Source of the DNA: Octopus vulgaris
Lineage: Eukaryota
DNA length: 64,000 nucleotides
Assembly (NCBI GenBank): GCA_951406725.2
Contig: OX597822.1
Span: 35,464,001-35,528,000, forward strand
Direction of reading: 5' to 3'
Shown: positions 41,949 to 55,624 of the stretch, piece after piece
Layout of the letters: every line of letters begins with the position of its first letter
Position numbering within the stretch: the first letter of the stretch is position 1
Notes under the pieces: model-generated
Seen by the model: the letters and a program-made list of their open reading frames with translations, nothing else
The model's database searches: none
What the model was told of the DNA's origin: nothing
Program-made: the position numbers and the translations under genes

Positions 41949-42174
41949 AATGTGACAATTATGTATAAAAAAACATTTTTGAATTCATAATATCCAATGT
42001 GACAATTATGTAAAAAACTTTTTTGAATGCATAATATTCAATGTGACAATTATGTAAAAAACTTTTTTTGAACCCATAATATTCAATGTGACAATTATGT
42101 AAAAAACTTTTTTGAATGCATAATATTCAATGTGACAATTATGTAAAAAACTTTTTTGAACCCATATTATTCAA
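41949..42174. repeat. 5 x 44-bp tandem repeat in the PLE 3' UTR
   Basis: caatgtgacaattatgtaaaaaacttttttgaatgcataatatt with alternating tgc/ccc variants. Confidence 0.92.
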
Positions 42175-42190
42175 TGTTTCCTTAAATGTA

Positions 42191-42231
42191 ACTTTTGACA
42201 ATCTTTTACCAAAGAGTGAAACCGGTTAAGT
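42191..42231 (+). ncRNA. Hammerhead-like motif (U3-A8 variant) at the PLE 3' end
   Basis: actt-TTGACAA-tcttt.tacc.aaaga.gt-GAAA-ccgg-TT-aagt, followed by aataaa. Confidence 0.5.
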
Positions 42232-42308
42232 AAATAAACATCGTTTAAATTGCATTTTCAAACCTTTTTTCTTATATAATCCCACTCGTGCGATACCCCA
42301 CAACTCAA

Positions 42309-42354
<46 letters not shown>

Positions 42355-42589
42355 TTCAAGGATAAATTTAAGAAGCTGCGGTAGGTTTTCCTGTAATATA
42401 TGTGTACCGAGTAAATCCGGTACACACGCACCCACACACACCGGGAACCATGAGGCTAAGAAGCAAAATTCTTACCACGCAGAAACGCCCAGCCGCATCT
42501 GTGTCTACATATATATTTATATATATATACCCGCGCTCGCGCACACACACGCATACATATACATAAACAAACACACACAAACACATCTT

Positions 42590-43225
42590 ATGCTTCACTT
42601 GTTTCAGGCATTAAACTGCGGTCATGTTGGAGCACCGTCTTGGAAAATTTTAGTCGAATTAATCGACTCTAATACTTTTGATTTTAACTCTTGTACTTAT
42701 TCAATCCGTTTTTTTTTTGCCGATTGCTAAGTTACAGGGATGTAAATGCGCCAACACCGGTTGTCTAGCGGCAGTGGGGGACAAACACAGAGCGCTATAT
42801 ATATATATGACAAGTTTCTTTCAGTTTCCATCTATCAAATCCACTCACGCAGCTTTGGTCAGAATCTGCAGACAAAATGGTGAAACCGTATGGCATATTA
42901 CCAGCCAATGTAAGCCACTAGCCCACAAGGAATATAAGAGATTCCACGACAATATAGCCAGGCTTGTCCATTGGACACTTTGCAACAAGTATGGATTGAC
43001 AGAGAAGAAAATTGGTACGACCACAAACCCGAAAGCATCGTCGAAAATAAAAAATATCCTATGGGATTTTATGATTCAGTGCGACCATGAGATAGATAAT
43101 AGGAAGCCAGACATAGTCTTAATTGAGAAAGAAGACACTTTGCCCAAAATGTCACGAAGTGGGACTAAGCACAGAACCATGAGGATTAGAAGCAAACATC
43201 TTACCACACAGCCACACATAGCCAT
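42590..43225 (-). mobile_element. Old family A SINE containing an internal Dong/R4 fragment (42860-43134, +)
   Basis: SINE sequence gctttggtc|...|agaagacactt is interrupted by sequence matching 32720-32999. Confidence 0.85.
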
Positions 43226-43233
43226 GTCTGCTC

Positions 43234-43359
<126 letters not shown>

Positions 43360-45303
43360 TAAATATTTCATGAGAATATATGCATACATACATATACACA
43401 CACACACTCACGCTCGCACGCATCCATGCACACACACACAGATACACACATTTTATTCGAGGACATCTCGTGGATAAGACAAGAACAAGTTTCCAGAATA
43501 TTTTATTGAATGTTTGTTTACTGATAAGACAAGATGTATTGGAATATAATCAGGCGTAGAAATGAATAGATAGGAATATATTTTTAAATTGAAAGATCTC
43601 TCTAGAGTTTTACAGTGAATATCAAACGTGAACCAAAAGTGCATATCTAATTGAAAATTGATAACAACCTCGCGATCTATTCTATATTCTAACCAACATT
43701 GAAATAAGAACGTATGTATTAACTGATGCGTTCCGATTCAAAAGCTTTTATGTACATTTGTATACTAGAATCCATTAACACAAATCTTTTCATTATATTT
43801 GATAATTTTCAAGCATATTGTTGACTGCTAGGTTATATGCGATCAAAATTAATAGCGTTGTGAATAAAGGGTGTTTTATATTTCGTTAATTTATAACAGA
43901 CTATAAAACAGCTTTTGTTCACTTATATTTATAATTCGGAATTATAATTGCTTGGCAAACGACTGCTGTTTTGAAAGTGAAACAAGTTCATCGTTGTAAG
44001 GAGTTACATATTAGCCATTTAAAACAAACAAATATTCATTTTTTAAATTTTTTTATTAGCATCATAGACTATTAACTATAAAGTAGTTTTGTCGTATAGG
44101 TCGTTGACACTGTTTATTTAGCTGTTAACAAAGTCTCAAATATAATGTTTCTTTGAAAAGAAGTTAAACCTAACAACAGCGATAGACGATTCTGAAAAAG
44201 TTGGTAAATATGGAAAGAGGGTGCGTCGGTACAATTCCTACAATGGAGACCCTGTATGGTTCTAAGTTCGCATGCAGTAAGAATAAGGGTGATTTGAGTT
44301 TTTTGTGGGGGTGTCTCTATGTTTGTTAATCTTCTGATACGAACAAATTCCAAATTAACCAAGAGGTATATAGTGGTATGCTTCTTCCTTAAATCCCAAT
44401 GCTTGTCAAAGAATGACAACTGACAACGCACCATTTGAGAAACTAATTGTAATTACATGGTTGTTGAAATTTTAAATCTTTGCAAAATAATGATTCATTG
44501 AAGAGATGTCTGATAAACCAGCTAATTTCTAGTCTACCTACACAAATATTTCCACGTATTTTTAGCGCGGACAGCAGGAGATTGTCTTCTAGTGTCTGTT
44601 TAACAATAAATACTAGTTTTCGTTACATTATACAATACAAAACGGAAGAACACAAAAAAACTGCACTCCATCGTTCATGTTCATAGAAACGAAAATATTT
44701 TTTCCAGATATTTCCATAAATTATTGCATTCATCTTAAAATCTTGTTTACTTTGTGAATTCCTATAAGTTTGTATTGTCTACGACATATCTTTTTAATGT
44801 TATCCAATTTTATAGTGAAATCAAATTCATTTTAAAGCAACGATATACTAAATTTACTGAATTTTGTTCATATCCTTCACAATTTATCTTGTTTTATTTG
44901 GTATAATTACACGAGCAATTCTCCGGGGCCATATTTTTTAAAAGTATATAGTATTTTATAACTTTTCAATAACATCAGGGAAATAACTATATGTGTGTAT
45001 GCGTGTGTGTGTGGATGCTTGTGTGTGTGTTATGGCAAAAAACAAAGGTGAGTAGTGGGTGAGTAATGGATAGGGTGTTAGAATAAATGTATATAGATCT
45101 ATTGGCAAACATCAAGCAATAAGAGTCTGGTGAAATAAACAGAAGGATATAATCTCGAAAAACATCCTGTTTTAGAATTCAATCGATACGGTGTGAAGAT
45201 CTGTTCAGCCAAATGAATCTTTAACAACAAAACTACACCTGCTCCTATGGATATATGTGTATGTGTATACACACAAAGCACACACACGCATACATACACA
45301 CAT

Positions 45304-45357
<54 letters not shown>

Positions 45358-45394
45358 TAACTTACAACTTTACTTTGTTATATATATATATATG

Positions 45395-45525
<131 letters not shown>

Positions 45526-45607
45526 TACGTATATGCATATATATATATATATATATATATAGATACGTATATGCATATATATATATATGTATATGCATAT
45601 ATATATA

Positions 45608-45651
<44 letters not shown>

Positions 45652-45830
45652 TGTGCGTATGCATTTACATGTAAGTATATCTACTTTGTAAGATACTTGT
45701 GCGTGTAAATAAATACAATACGTATATAAATCTGTTAATTTAAAGTATCATTAAGTATGAACCTATTAGTAGCTATTTTATAATTGTGTATTAAGTTTAT
45801 ATATATATATATAAATTATATCATATTACA

Positions 45831-46010
45831 TTTAATAAACACAATATATGTTTTGATGCGCTGAAATTAGTTTCATATGCTGAGAGCATGTTCTCAACAC
45901 GTGAAACTAATTGTAACACATAAAAACATTTACTGCGTTTATTAAAGGATATTTATCTTTCACCAGATGGAGTACATTTTTGTTGATCTAACCATCGCGG
46001 AACAGCGTAA
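45831..46010. mobile_element. Small fold-back element: palindrome 45831-45946 plus extension
   Basis: tttaataaac...aattagtttca..tgaga gcatgt tctca..tgaaactaatt...gtttattaaa, between TA and CA tracts. Confidence 0.55.
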
Positions 46011-46305
46011 TACGCACACACACACTCACATACACACACACACACACACACAGATATATATATGTCTCGAGCCTGTCTCGTCTTGTTACGTTTTGGTCCC
46101 ATTCCCGCAAAGTTTCTTTTCGGTGCCTCCAAAGCGAAAGCAATATTATCGATAATGGTCGAAATTGCGCTTGACCTGTGGCTGATAACTAACGAGGAGT
46201 TGGTGACCTTCTCTGCTTTCTAATCGTCTGTGTATTTAGTATATATTCGTATGTTTATTTACTACACCTTTTTAAATTATATATACATATATATATATAT
46301 ATTAT

Positions 46306-46352
<47 letters not shown>

Positions 46353-46366
46353 CATACATACATACA

Positions 46367-46399
<33 letters not shown>

Positions 46400-46490
46400 T
46401 TATATAGACACACAGGTGTGTCTTTTTATTTAATCCTGAAAATATTACTTATGTAACGCAAGTACTCATTTACTTTTTATTCATTTTTTA

Positions 46491-46534
<44 letters not shown>

Positions 46535-47032
46535 CGACGGGCTTCTTCCAGATTCTCTATACCATGTCCACTGACAAGCCTCTATTCGGGCCGAGGCAAT
46601 AGCAGAAGAGCAGAAGACACATGCTCAAAGTGCCACGCAATAGGATTGAACCGAGAACTACGTGTTTAGCAAGCAATTTCTTACTGCTCAGTCACTCCTA
46701 ACTTTTATCATTCATGCTATTTTCGCATTGTTATTTTCAATTTGTTTTTTACACTCACACACATGCATAGAGTTGTGTATGTGTGGGTGTGCGTATATGT
46801 GTACGTCATAAAACACCATGTGCGTTGTTGCGTGCGCGCGCGTGAGTGGGTGTTTGTGCGTGCACGTGTGTGTGTATGTACGTGTGTGTGTGTGTTTGTG
46901 TGTGTGCATTGAAACTACGTGGTGGCAAAACGGGAGCTTCTTAGTCATAGAGCCATGCCCATAATGATTTTATTTTTGTTTTGTAATTACTTTCTGGGAT
47001 GACCTCAATTTTAGTAACATTCTCTTTAGTAT

Positions 47033-47429
47033 AGACGCAGGAGTAGCTGTGTGGTAAGTAGCCTGCTTACCAACCACATGGTTCCGATTTCAGTCCCACT
47101 GCGTGGCACCTTGGGCAAGTGTCTTCTACTATAGCCTCGGGCCGACTAAAGCCTTGTGGAGGGATTTGATAGACGGAAACTGAAAGAAACCCGTTTTATA
47201 TATGTACATATATATATGTTTGTGTATCTGTGTTTGTCCCTCCAGCATCGCTTGACAACCGATGCTGGTGCATTTACGTCCCCGTAACTTAGTGGTTCGG
47301 CAAAAAGAAAGCGATAGAATAAGTACTAGGCTTACAAAGACTAAGTCCTGGGGTCGATTTGCTCGACTGAATGCGGTGCTCTAGCATGGCCACAGTCAAA
47401 TCACTGAAACAAGTAAAAGAGTAAAGAGT
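47033..47429 (+). mobile_element. SINE family A, full length
   Basis: Homologous to 6389-6800. Confidence 0.9.
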
Positions 47430-47456
47430 ATACATACATATATGTGCGTGTGTATT

Positions 47457-47489
<33 letters not shown>

Positions 47490-48053
47490 GCGCACATACA
47501 CCGGAATCCATATATTTTATTTCCATAACATAATTTATTCATTCACAAACATTTCCTAGTATTGATTATTTTGCTTTTTAGACTTGGCAGATTGATAATA
47601 GATATTATTTATGTTTCCTATTTTCCCATTTTTATTAAGTGTCATTGTTAGGAAAATGTATTTTCTTCCTGATATATCATATAAATATTGAGTTGGTGCC
47701 AGTCTGCTTGTCTTACCAAATTCTAATTCTTGAATATAATACATATTCTGCCAAAGTGTCTATAATAAGTCTAACAATTTGTTGAAATGCGAAAACGTAA
47801 AAGGAAAGATTTCTATCCTGCGAATAATTTTGTAAGATTTGTTACCAATTTTTATTTCCTATCGTTATTTCTCAAACATTATTTTTCAGATGTTCCTAAA
47901 TTTTGTTAGTTTATTTAGTATATACTGGCTTGTATGTGTTTTTTTTTTTTACCTTTTCTTCACCAGAATAGAAGAATAAAGGATTGGTTATTCCAGGAAC
48001 ACACATACGCGCGCGCACACACACACACACACACATACACATATATTTATATG

Positions 48054-48105
<52 letters not shown>

Positions 48106-48505
48106 TATATACATATGTATATGCTTATATATATATACATATGTATATACATATATATATATACACGCACATATATATACATATATATACATACATATAT
48201 AATAAACATTTACATAAATAAATAACGTGAAATACACGAAGGGACGAACAAAAAGACAAACGGGTCATTCAAAGCCTTCGTTCTTCAGTCAGAAACCGAT
48301 TCCTCATCGCAGATTTCGGCTGTTTAATTCTGAGATCCGCTCTGAATCAGCCAGCCACAGAAGGAAAGAATGCAACGCAACAGAGATGAACATGAAACGA
48401 AAAAATCTTTTTTGGAGACAGTAATGGTTAAAAACATGGATGACACAGGCGCCCTACGGCTTTGAGACAAAAGGAGACACAAAAACAATATCAGCAAGCG
48501 TGACA

Positions 48506-48592
<87 letters not shown>

Positions 48593-48821
48593 TGTTCAAA
48601 ACGTATTGATTCGGGTTCCGTGTTACTTCAAGCTTCGAAGCCCCTAATAGAGCCTCTCCTCTCAGGCCGGAGAAAATCCGGATTTCCACCGGCCTTAGGA
48701 AAGAATTTGTTAGGGACTTCGAAACTTGAAGTAGCACGGAATCCGAATCAAACTGTTTTGAAGAAACATGTAACTCCCAATCAATGCGTTAACTGCCCTT
48801 TCTTTCGCTGGTCACCTTACT
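48593..48821. mobile_element. Small fold-back element: about 170-bp hairpin 48595-48762 plus extension
   Basis: ttgattcgggttccgtgttacttcaag / cttgaagtagcacggaatccgaatcaa; inner aggccgg/ccggcct; between (TA)n and (CA)n. Confidence 0.65.
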
Positions 48822-48874
<53 letters not shown>

Positions 48875-49284
48875 ACACATAATCGGATCCTCCACAAATA
48901 GAGTCAGTTTGACACTGTATGTGACATAAAACGTGTAGCATACTTTGTGTGACACAGTGTGTGACATGATTGGTCAATTGAATCACTAATGTAGCCCCAT
49001 CCAGTTTGCGTATATCAGATTTCATTCCCCAGGTTATGTTGGAATTTGTATTTCCGAGATTACCGTGAAGCGAGATTGAACTCGAGGTTATGTGGTTCCA
49101 ACATCTATACTGAAATATATTTACGCTAGATCATTACATACGGGCACACGCTATCACACAAATCTCAAATCTTTAAAAGGCAAAGAACATTTATATTCAT
49201 GTAATCCTATACAGACCAGAAAATGCGAAATGGTCATGACTGGAATGCCTTTAATTTATCAATTTGATCAGCGTTAGCTAGAGA

Positions 49285-49650
49285 TTCTTTTCTATTCTAG
49301 TCACAAGGCCCAAAATTTGGGGGGAGGAAGCTAATCGATTAGATCAACCCCAGTACACAACTAGTGTTTAATTTATCGACTCCGAAAGGATGAAAGGCAA
49401 AGTCGACCTCGGCGGAATTTGAACTCAGAACGCAGCGACAGACGAAATACCTATTTCTTTACTACCCACAAGGGACTAAACACAGAGGGGACAAACAAGG
49501 ACAGACAAACTGAGTAAGTCGATTATATCGATCCCAGTGCGTAACTGGTACTTATTTAATCGACCCCGAAAGGATGAAAGGCAAAGTCGACCTCGGCGGA
49601 ATTTGAACTCAGAACGTAGCGGCAGACGAAATACCGCTAGGCATTTCGCC
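49285..49650 (-). mobile_element. SINE family B, dimeric form with Tx1-like tail segment
   Basis: Reverse complement of 10291-10657. Confidence 0.85.
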
Positions 49651-50114
49651 TTCAAGAGTTTCAGATCCCACTTCCCTGATTTCTCTACTAATGTTCTCCT
49701 TCAGTTGCACCGGGTCTCCGGTTTTTTGACATAAACTCGAAGTTGATTACATCATTCCTGTTCACTCCTTATTCAATTAATTCATAGTACGTTCATATAT
49801 ACTTATATACACAGATAGAGACACACACACGATCGTGCACATATATAGAGCGAGAGGGGGAGAGAGTAAACAGATAAGAGAAGCGAGATGAGGGAATAGC
49901 TGTTTAATCCATTTGCTTACAGCTGTTTCGTAATCTTGCTGGTTATTTAGCTAAAAAGATTATGAAACAGGTGTAAACAAATGAAATAAGCATCAATTAT
50001 CTCACCTCATTTCTCTTATCTGTTCTATCCATAACAGTCCTTCTTGTTAGCCATGCACTTGGCGGGGAGGTTAATGTGACCTTTGGTTATTTGAATCCCT
50101 GTTATTGATATTCG

Positions 50115-50193
<79 letters not shown>

Positions 50194-51764
50194 ACAGCTC
50201 ATTAGGGATCTCTATCACTCGGAGCTGATCATACATTTTCGTGTGTACTTTTGACAGTTGTCCATACCATACATGCTTGTCTCCCCTCTGTACGCTATCA
50301 ATGTTGTCCTAAAGACAGGTTATCACCTAAGGGCTGATTCATCTTGGCATCAGTGTTGTTACAGCCGTTGCTTTCAGAACGCAAAGAGCTATAAGAAACA
50401 CCGCAAGGTATCTTGTCCGATGGTCTATCAGTCCTGTCAATCCACCACCGTATATTGGTACTATTTTATCGACTCCAAAAAGATGAATATTAACCGCAGT
50501 GGAATTCGAACTCAGTTCATAGCGTATCGAAACAAATATTGGCTTGCAGGCAATCCAACGCACTAATGACCGTGGTTTCCTACGGTCTAATCTAGATATA
50601 AAGGTCCCTTATACATGTCGGTGATTGCCGCATTGTGTAGGTGTAAATATTAAAAGATATTTAATCTCTGAAGTTATTAGACTGAAAATTTATGTTCCCG
50701 ATCTATGATGATCGCTTGCTTAAATGCTTTATAGTATTAATTTTTTTTTACGACTACAACTTTGATGGGCATCCATTTGGAATGAATAAAATACGAACCA
50801 GTACCACCATTAAATCAATTCTACAACACTAAAAAAAAAACTGGTTTTGCGTTGTGGTCGATCAAATGAAGCCAATGTCCAATAGGAAATCAATAAGTCT
50901 TCTCGAGGGAAGCTGACATTTGCAAATAGAAAACATTGCCAAAATATCTAGAATCTCTAAATCTAAAACAGTAAAGAGTAAAGAGAGTTATTTATGTTTA
51001 CCTATGCGATATCTATATAAACAGCATCTGGTCTCTCTTTTATTTTAAATTTAGCGATATTTTGATAACATCTGATATCGATTTACACTGTTTTGTATAT
51101 CGATCTATCGATTTTTTTAGTATCTTGCGTGTAGTTTTGGCAGTCGAAGACGCACTGCTTTGGTTTATGCTTTCATCAACATAGTAGAATAAGTAAGCTA
51201 TCAGAACACATCAGAAACATGGGTCATAAGTTCATATTCACTTGAATCACATCACTGTGTTTTCGTGACAAAAAATATCATAGTTTGCTGAGTCTAAGTA
51301 AACCAAGCAGCAGATTATTACGAATCAGATTGTCCATAAAATTTGCTCGCTATGACCCTGCATCCTCTCCAGGCTTATGTATGTATTGTTCGTTTTAATA
51401 CTTCCAGATCTAGACCAGCGCCTCATATTAGCGTCTTCTCTGGAGCACTCATTTTATCGGCGCTATCAATTTGTGATAGCTTCTGAAATACACCTAACAT
51501 TACAATCTATGCTTTTATTAACTTAAATTTCAACTAGCTTCCTGCATAACCAATTGATTTTCTTCTTTCATAGAAGATAAAGCGTGCTCTTGAGTGAATC
51601 AAATATATAGCTGAGAGAAATTTTGGCACTGTTCATTTTTATGGGATCTAAATCAAAATATTCGGGTGTCGAACAAATTATTCTAAAATATCTAGTAAGC
51701 TAGTTACTCGTGTTTGGGGACACCGCCACCCATACTTCCCTCTCGAAAAAATATTTCACTTTAA

Positions 51765-53085
51765 AGCAGCAAGTTTCCAGAACCGTTAGCGCGTCGGGCA
51801 AACTTCTTAGCGGCGTTTCATCCATCTTTACTTCTGAGTTCAAATTCTGCCATGGTCGAGTTTACCTTTCATCCTTTCGGAGTCGATAAAATAAATACCA
51901 GTTAAACACTAGGGTCGATGTAATCGTCTTAGCCTTTGCCCCTATCTTGCTGGCCAGGTACCAAAATTTGAATCCAATATAATATCACACTTTAAAGCGG
52001 GGAGCTCGTAGAGTCGTCAGCATGCTGACAAAATGCTTAGCGACATTTTGTCCGTCTTTACATTCTGAGTTCAAATTCCACCAAGTCCGGCTTTGGCTTT
52101 CATTCTTTCGGGGTCGATAAAATAAATACCAGTTGAGTATTGGAGTCGATGTAATCGATTTACACGCCCCCACCCCCGCGAAATTGACGTCTATTTACCA
52201 AAATTTGAAACCAATATAATATCGCACTTGATATACTAAAGTCACTGTTCTAGCTTATTCTTACCTACGAGAATTAAAACGACGTTTTCATATATAATGA
52301 TGCATTTTACACAGACGCGAGATCGATATAAAATCGTTATCATCGTTCTCAGTATATACCTTTGTTAATTGTCCTTGAAAAGGTAAAATGGAAGAAAGCA
52401 GACGTTGTTGTTTTTAATATGTAATATATAAACGAGGGTAGGGAATTGGCAAAAATTCTTTTCTACTCTAGGCACAAGGCCCGAAATTTTGAGGAGGGGG
52501 GGCAGTCGATTAGATCGACCTCGAAAGGATGAAAGGCAAAGTCGACCTCGGCGAAATTTGAACCCAGTACGTAAAGACAGATGAAATACTGTTAAGCATT
52601 CCGCTTGGCGTGCTAACGTTTGTACCAGCACGCAACCTTTCTGGAATTGGCAGAATTTTTACAGCGTCGGATAAACTGCCTCGCTATATTTCTTCTGGTT
52701 CTTTATGTTCTGAATATCAAGCCAACGAGATCAACTTTGTCTTTCGTCCGCGTGGAGGCGATAAAATAGGAACTGGGAGCAATGTGATCAAATAACATCT
52801 CCCCTCAAAATTTCTAATCTTATTGCCAATGCCACAAACACTTGATTTTAATTTTTTTGAGACCTGTAATTTAATTTTAAGGCGACAAGCTGACTGAACG
52901 GTTCCTGATTAACATCATTTCATCCGACTTTACATTCTGAGTTCGAATTCAGTCAGGATTGACTTTGCCTTTCACCTTTCGAGATCGATAAAATCAAGTA
53001 CCAGTTAAACACTGGAGTCAATAAAATCGACTAGACTTCTCAGATGAACTTTCTGGCCTTGTGCTAGAAACTTGAAACCAGTTTT
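51765..53085. mobile_element. Cluster of family B SINEs
   Basis: Copies near 51765-51980 (+), 51997-52220 (+), 52458-52630 (-) and 52880-53080 (+). Confidence 0.7.
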
Positions 53086-54275
53086 CAAAACACAAACTTT
53101 ATTTTGTGAGGATATATTTGATTAAATCGAACTAGTATGTTACTAAAACTGATTTTAAATGAATTCCAGGAAGATTCGAACTTCGTACACACATGAACCA
53201 AGAAAACACAGAACCATAATACGAATCAGAAAGTACGTAAACATTACCCCAGCACTCTGCGCTTTCAACATCATCGAAGGTATTATAATGGCTGATTTCT
53301 ACGAATGTGCAATCTCTAAATCTCTTTTTATTTTAAATATAACACTTAACATTTTCTATGAACTTTGGTTTGTTTATTTTATCTTCCAATTCATATTAGT
53401 TTGTATTTGTTTTGCTGTGTATGTGTGCGTGGGATTTTTTTTCCCATTTTACTAATGCACTATAAATGGAAATAAAATGACAAACTAAAAAATGAAAACA
53501 AGTCTTCTCTTCAATCACAATAAATTATACATTTGATATGAAAACTTTCTCCCGTCTGGTTTGTTTGGGGAAAAAAATAAAGAAAATATGCGAACAGGCT
53601 GAAAGAAAATGTCAGCTAAGAAAGCCGAATAAGAATAATACAAAAAAAAACAAAAACAAAAGATAACACCAAGCAACTCAACAGTAATCAACTAATGTAC
53701 GTCTTAAAGTTTAAAAAAAATAACTGTCTTAAAGTTTTAAGAAATAACTGTCTTGAAGTTTTTAAAAATTAATAACAGCTATTATTGTTGTTGCATAGCT
53801 CCAGCTAGGTCTTGATGAAAGGCATTTCAATTGTGATCTACAAAAGGTTTTTACGTTTATATTTTATCTTTTAGACAGTGGCTATTTCAACCCAATCTTC
53901 TTCCTGTTTTATGATCATGGGGTGTAACACGAAGAAGAGTTCGCTGCTCTCTCATTATGGTTTATTGTTACATAACAATAATTTCAAAAACTTTTATTTG
54001 CAAAAACTTTGTATAGTTGTAAAAGATGCAAACTTTTCCTAGCTGATATTCAAATTTAATTGTCAGCTTCGGCTTTTCGTCGAAAATATAATCTTATTCT
54101 ACAGTGTTCAAGCGGGAAAGCTGCTAGGGTGGATAGTGTCGAACTAACTTTTGAAGAGAATATTTTTCATATCATGTCACCAACGCGTCACTCTTAAGAA
54201 TTGTATCCCTTCTCTCCCGCCAATTCTTTCCAGTTAGTTGCAAATAGGAAAGATACTGCAAAGTGCGTACAGTTT

Positions 54276-54966
54276 GGGATCTTTTCTGTAGATTTGGTAT
54301 TTTTTCGACTTTCTTCTATTTGTATTCAAATTGGGAATACCAATTTAGTTTTGTATGCTAATTATGAAACTGAGATTCATTTTTGCCACAAATTCTTTCT
54401 ACTATAGGCACAAGGCCCGAAATTTGGGGAAAGGGGACTAGTCGATTACATCGACCTCAGTGCTCGACTGATACTTATTTTATCAACATGAAAATTGTAG
54501 TATTTCGGTAATTTCCACCAAAGAATGACGTGTATTCAGCTAAATAAAATTACTGCTGTTGTTTGTCAACAAGAACTTCCGGTGGTGTATATTTCGTTTG
54601 TCACTGTTATTTATGACAACCCTAACCCTAAAACCCTAACCCTAACCCTAAAACCTTAAAACCAGTACAAACGCATGAACGATGTCATAAATAACAGTGA
54701 CAAACAGAAAATACACCGCCGATAGTTGTTGTTTACAAACAACGGCAGTAATTTTATTCAGCTGAAAGCACGTCATTGATTGGTTGAAATTACCGAAATA
54801 CGAGAACTTTAACACGAAATAACTTCGTAAATATAAGTTTTTTCTCAAAAATGCTAAGAGTAAAAGATGTTTTATATGACACATTCTACCAGTGTCCGAA
54901 GTTTGAAAGTGTTTAGTTACAAAATGTTTTTTTTTTTAAATCTATAGGTCAAAAGGTAAAGATCCC
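54276..54966. mobile_element. MITE related to 11817-12222 with internal palindrome and (CCCTAA)n loop
   Basis: Arms about 54500-54617 and 54685-54802; ccctaa repeats 54620-54650; 3' part matches 12040-12222; ends gggatcttt / aaagatccc. Confidence 0.7.
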
Positions 54967-55624
54967 ATTAATATACCAAGTTTGAAAATTTCCTTAATTC
55001 TAAAATTTCCAGATGGCAACCGCAAAGATCCCGTCGTTGTAGCTTATTCGGTCTTGATATGGCAGTTGAAGACGAAATCCGTCTCTAAATATTGAGCGTC
55101 AGTGTTGTTTACAAAATCGAACTAAGAGAAGCAGCGTGTAAATATCTTCTGGATAAACTGAATTATAATATTCTCTGTTTTTGTTTTCCCTCTGTATATT
55201 TTTTGCCTTAAACGTGTGATTAGTCAACTGTTGTCATCGAAACTTGCACTAAGATACACTTACAAAGTTGTGATGTGTTTGATTTGTTTTTTCTTAGAAT
55301 ATTCAACAAGTCTTTTGTTTTGTTTTGCTTTGTTCATTATTGGCATTTCTTTTCGTTTTTCGGTTAAGCAAACTAAATATATGATGTACAAACTTTTTTT
55401 CAAAATATAGAATATAAATAAATTATGCAACATTAACCAAAGAAAAAATTTGATAAATATTTATAGTAAAACTATATACCTACACGATTCTTCGATGTCA
55501 ATCAGATAAAGAAACTCATTAAAACATTCATAATAAAATATTATAGCATTGGTACATGGATACTAATTTTAAGAGGAAGTGCAGAGTCGATTGAACTGGG
55601 TAAGTATATGCCGAGAGTTAATTT

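Larger units (their letters stand above)
37316..42311 (+). mobile_element. Penelope-like retroelement (Neptune-like), 5'-truncated with an inverted copy of its 3' UTR
   Basis: Arm 37316-38783 is the reverse complement of 40804-42278; unique 3' extension 42279-42311; TA tracts at both ends; RT-GIY-YIG ORF inside. Confidence 0.92.

Noticed and set aside
54618-54660. Chromosome-end or fusion signature
   Set aside because: Only a few units, and they lie inside a MITE.
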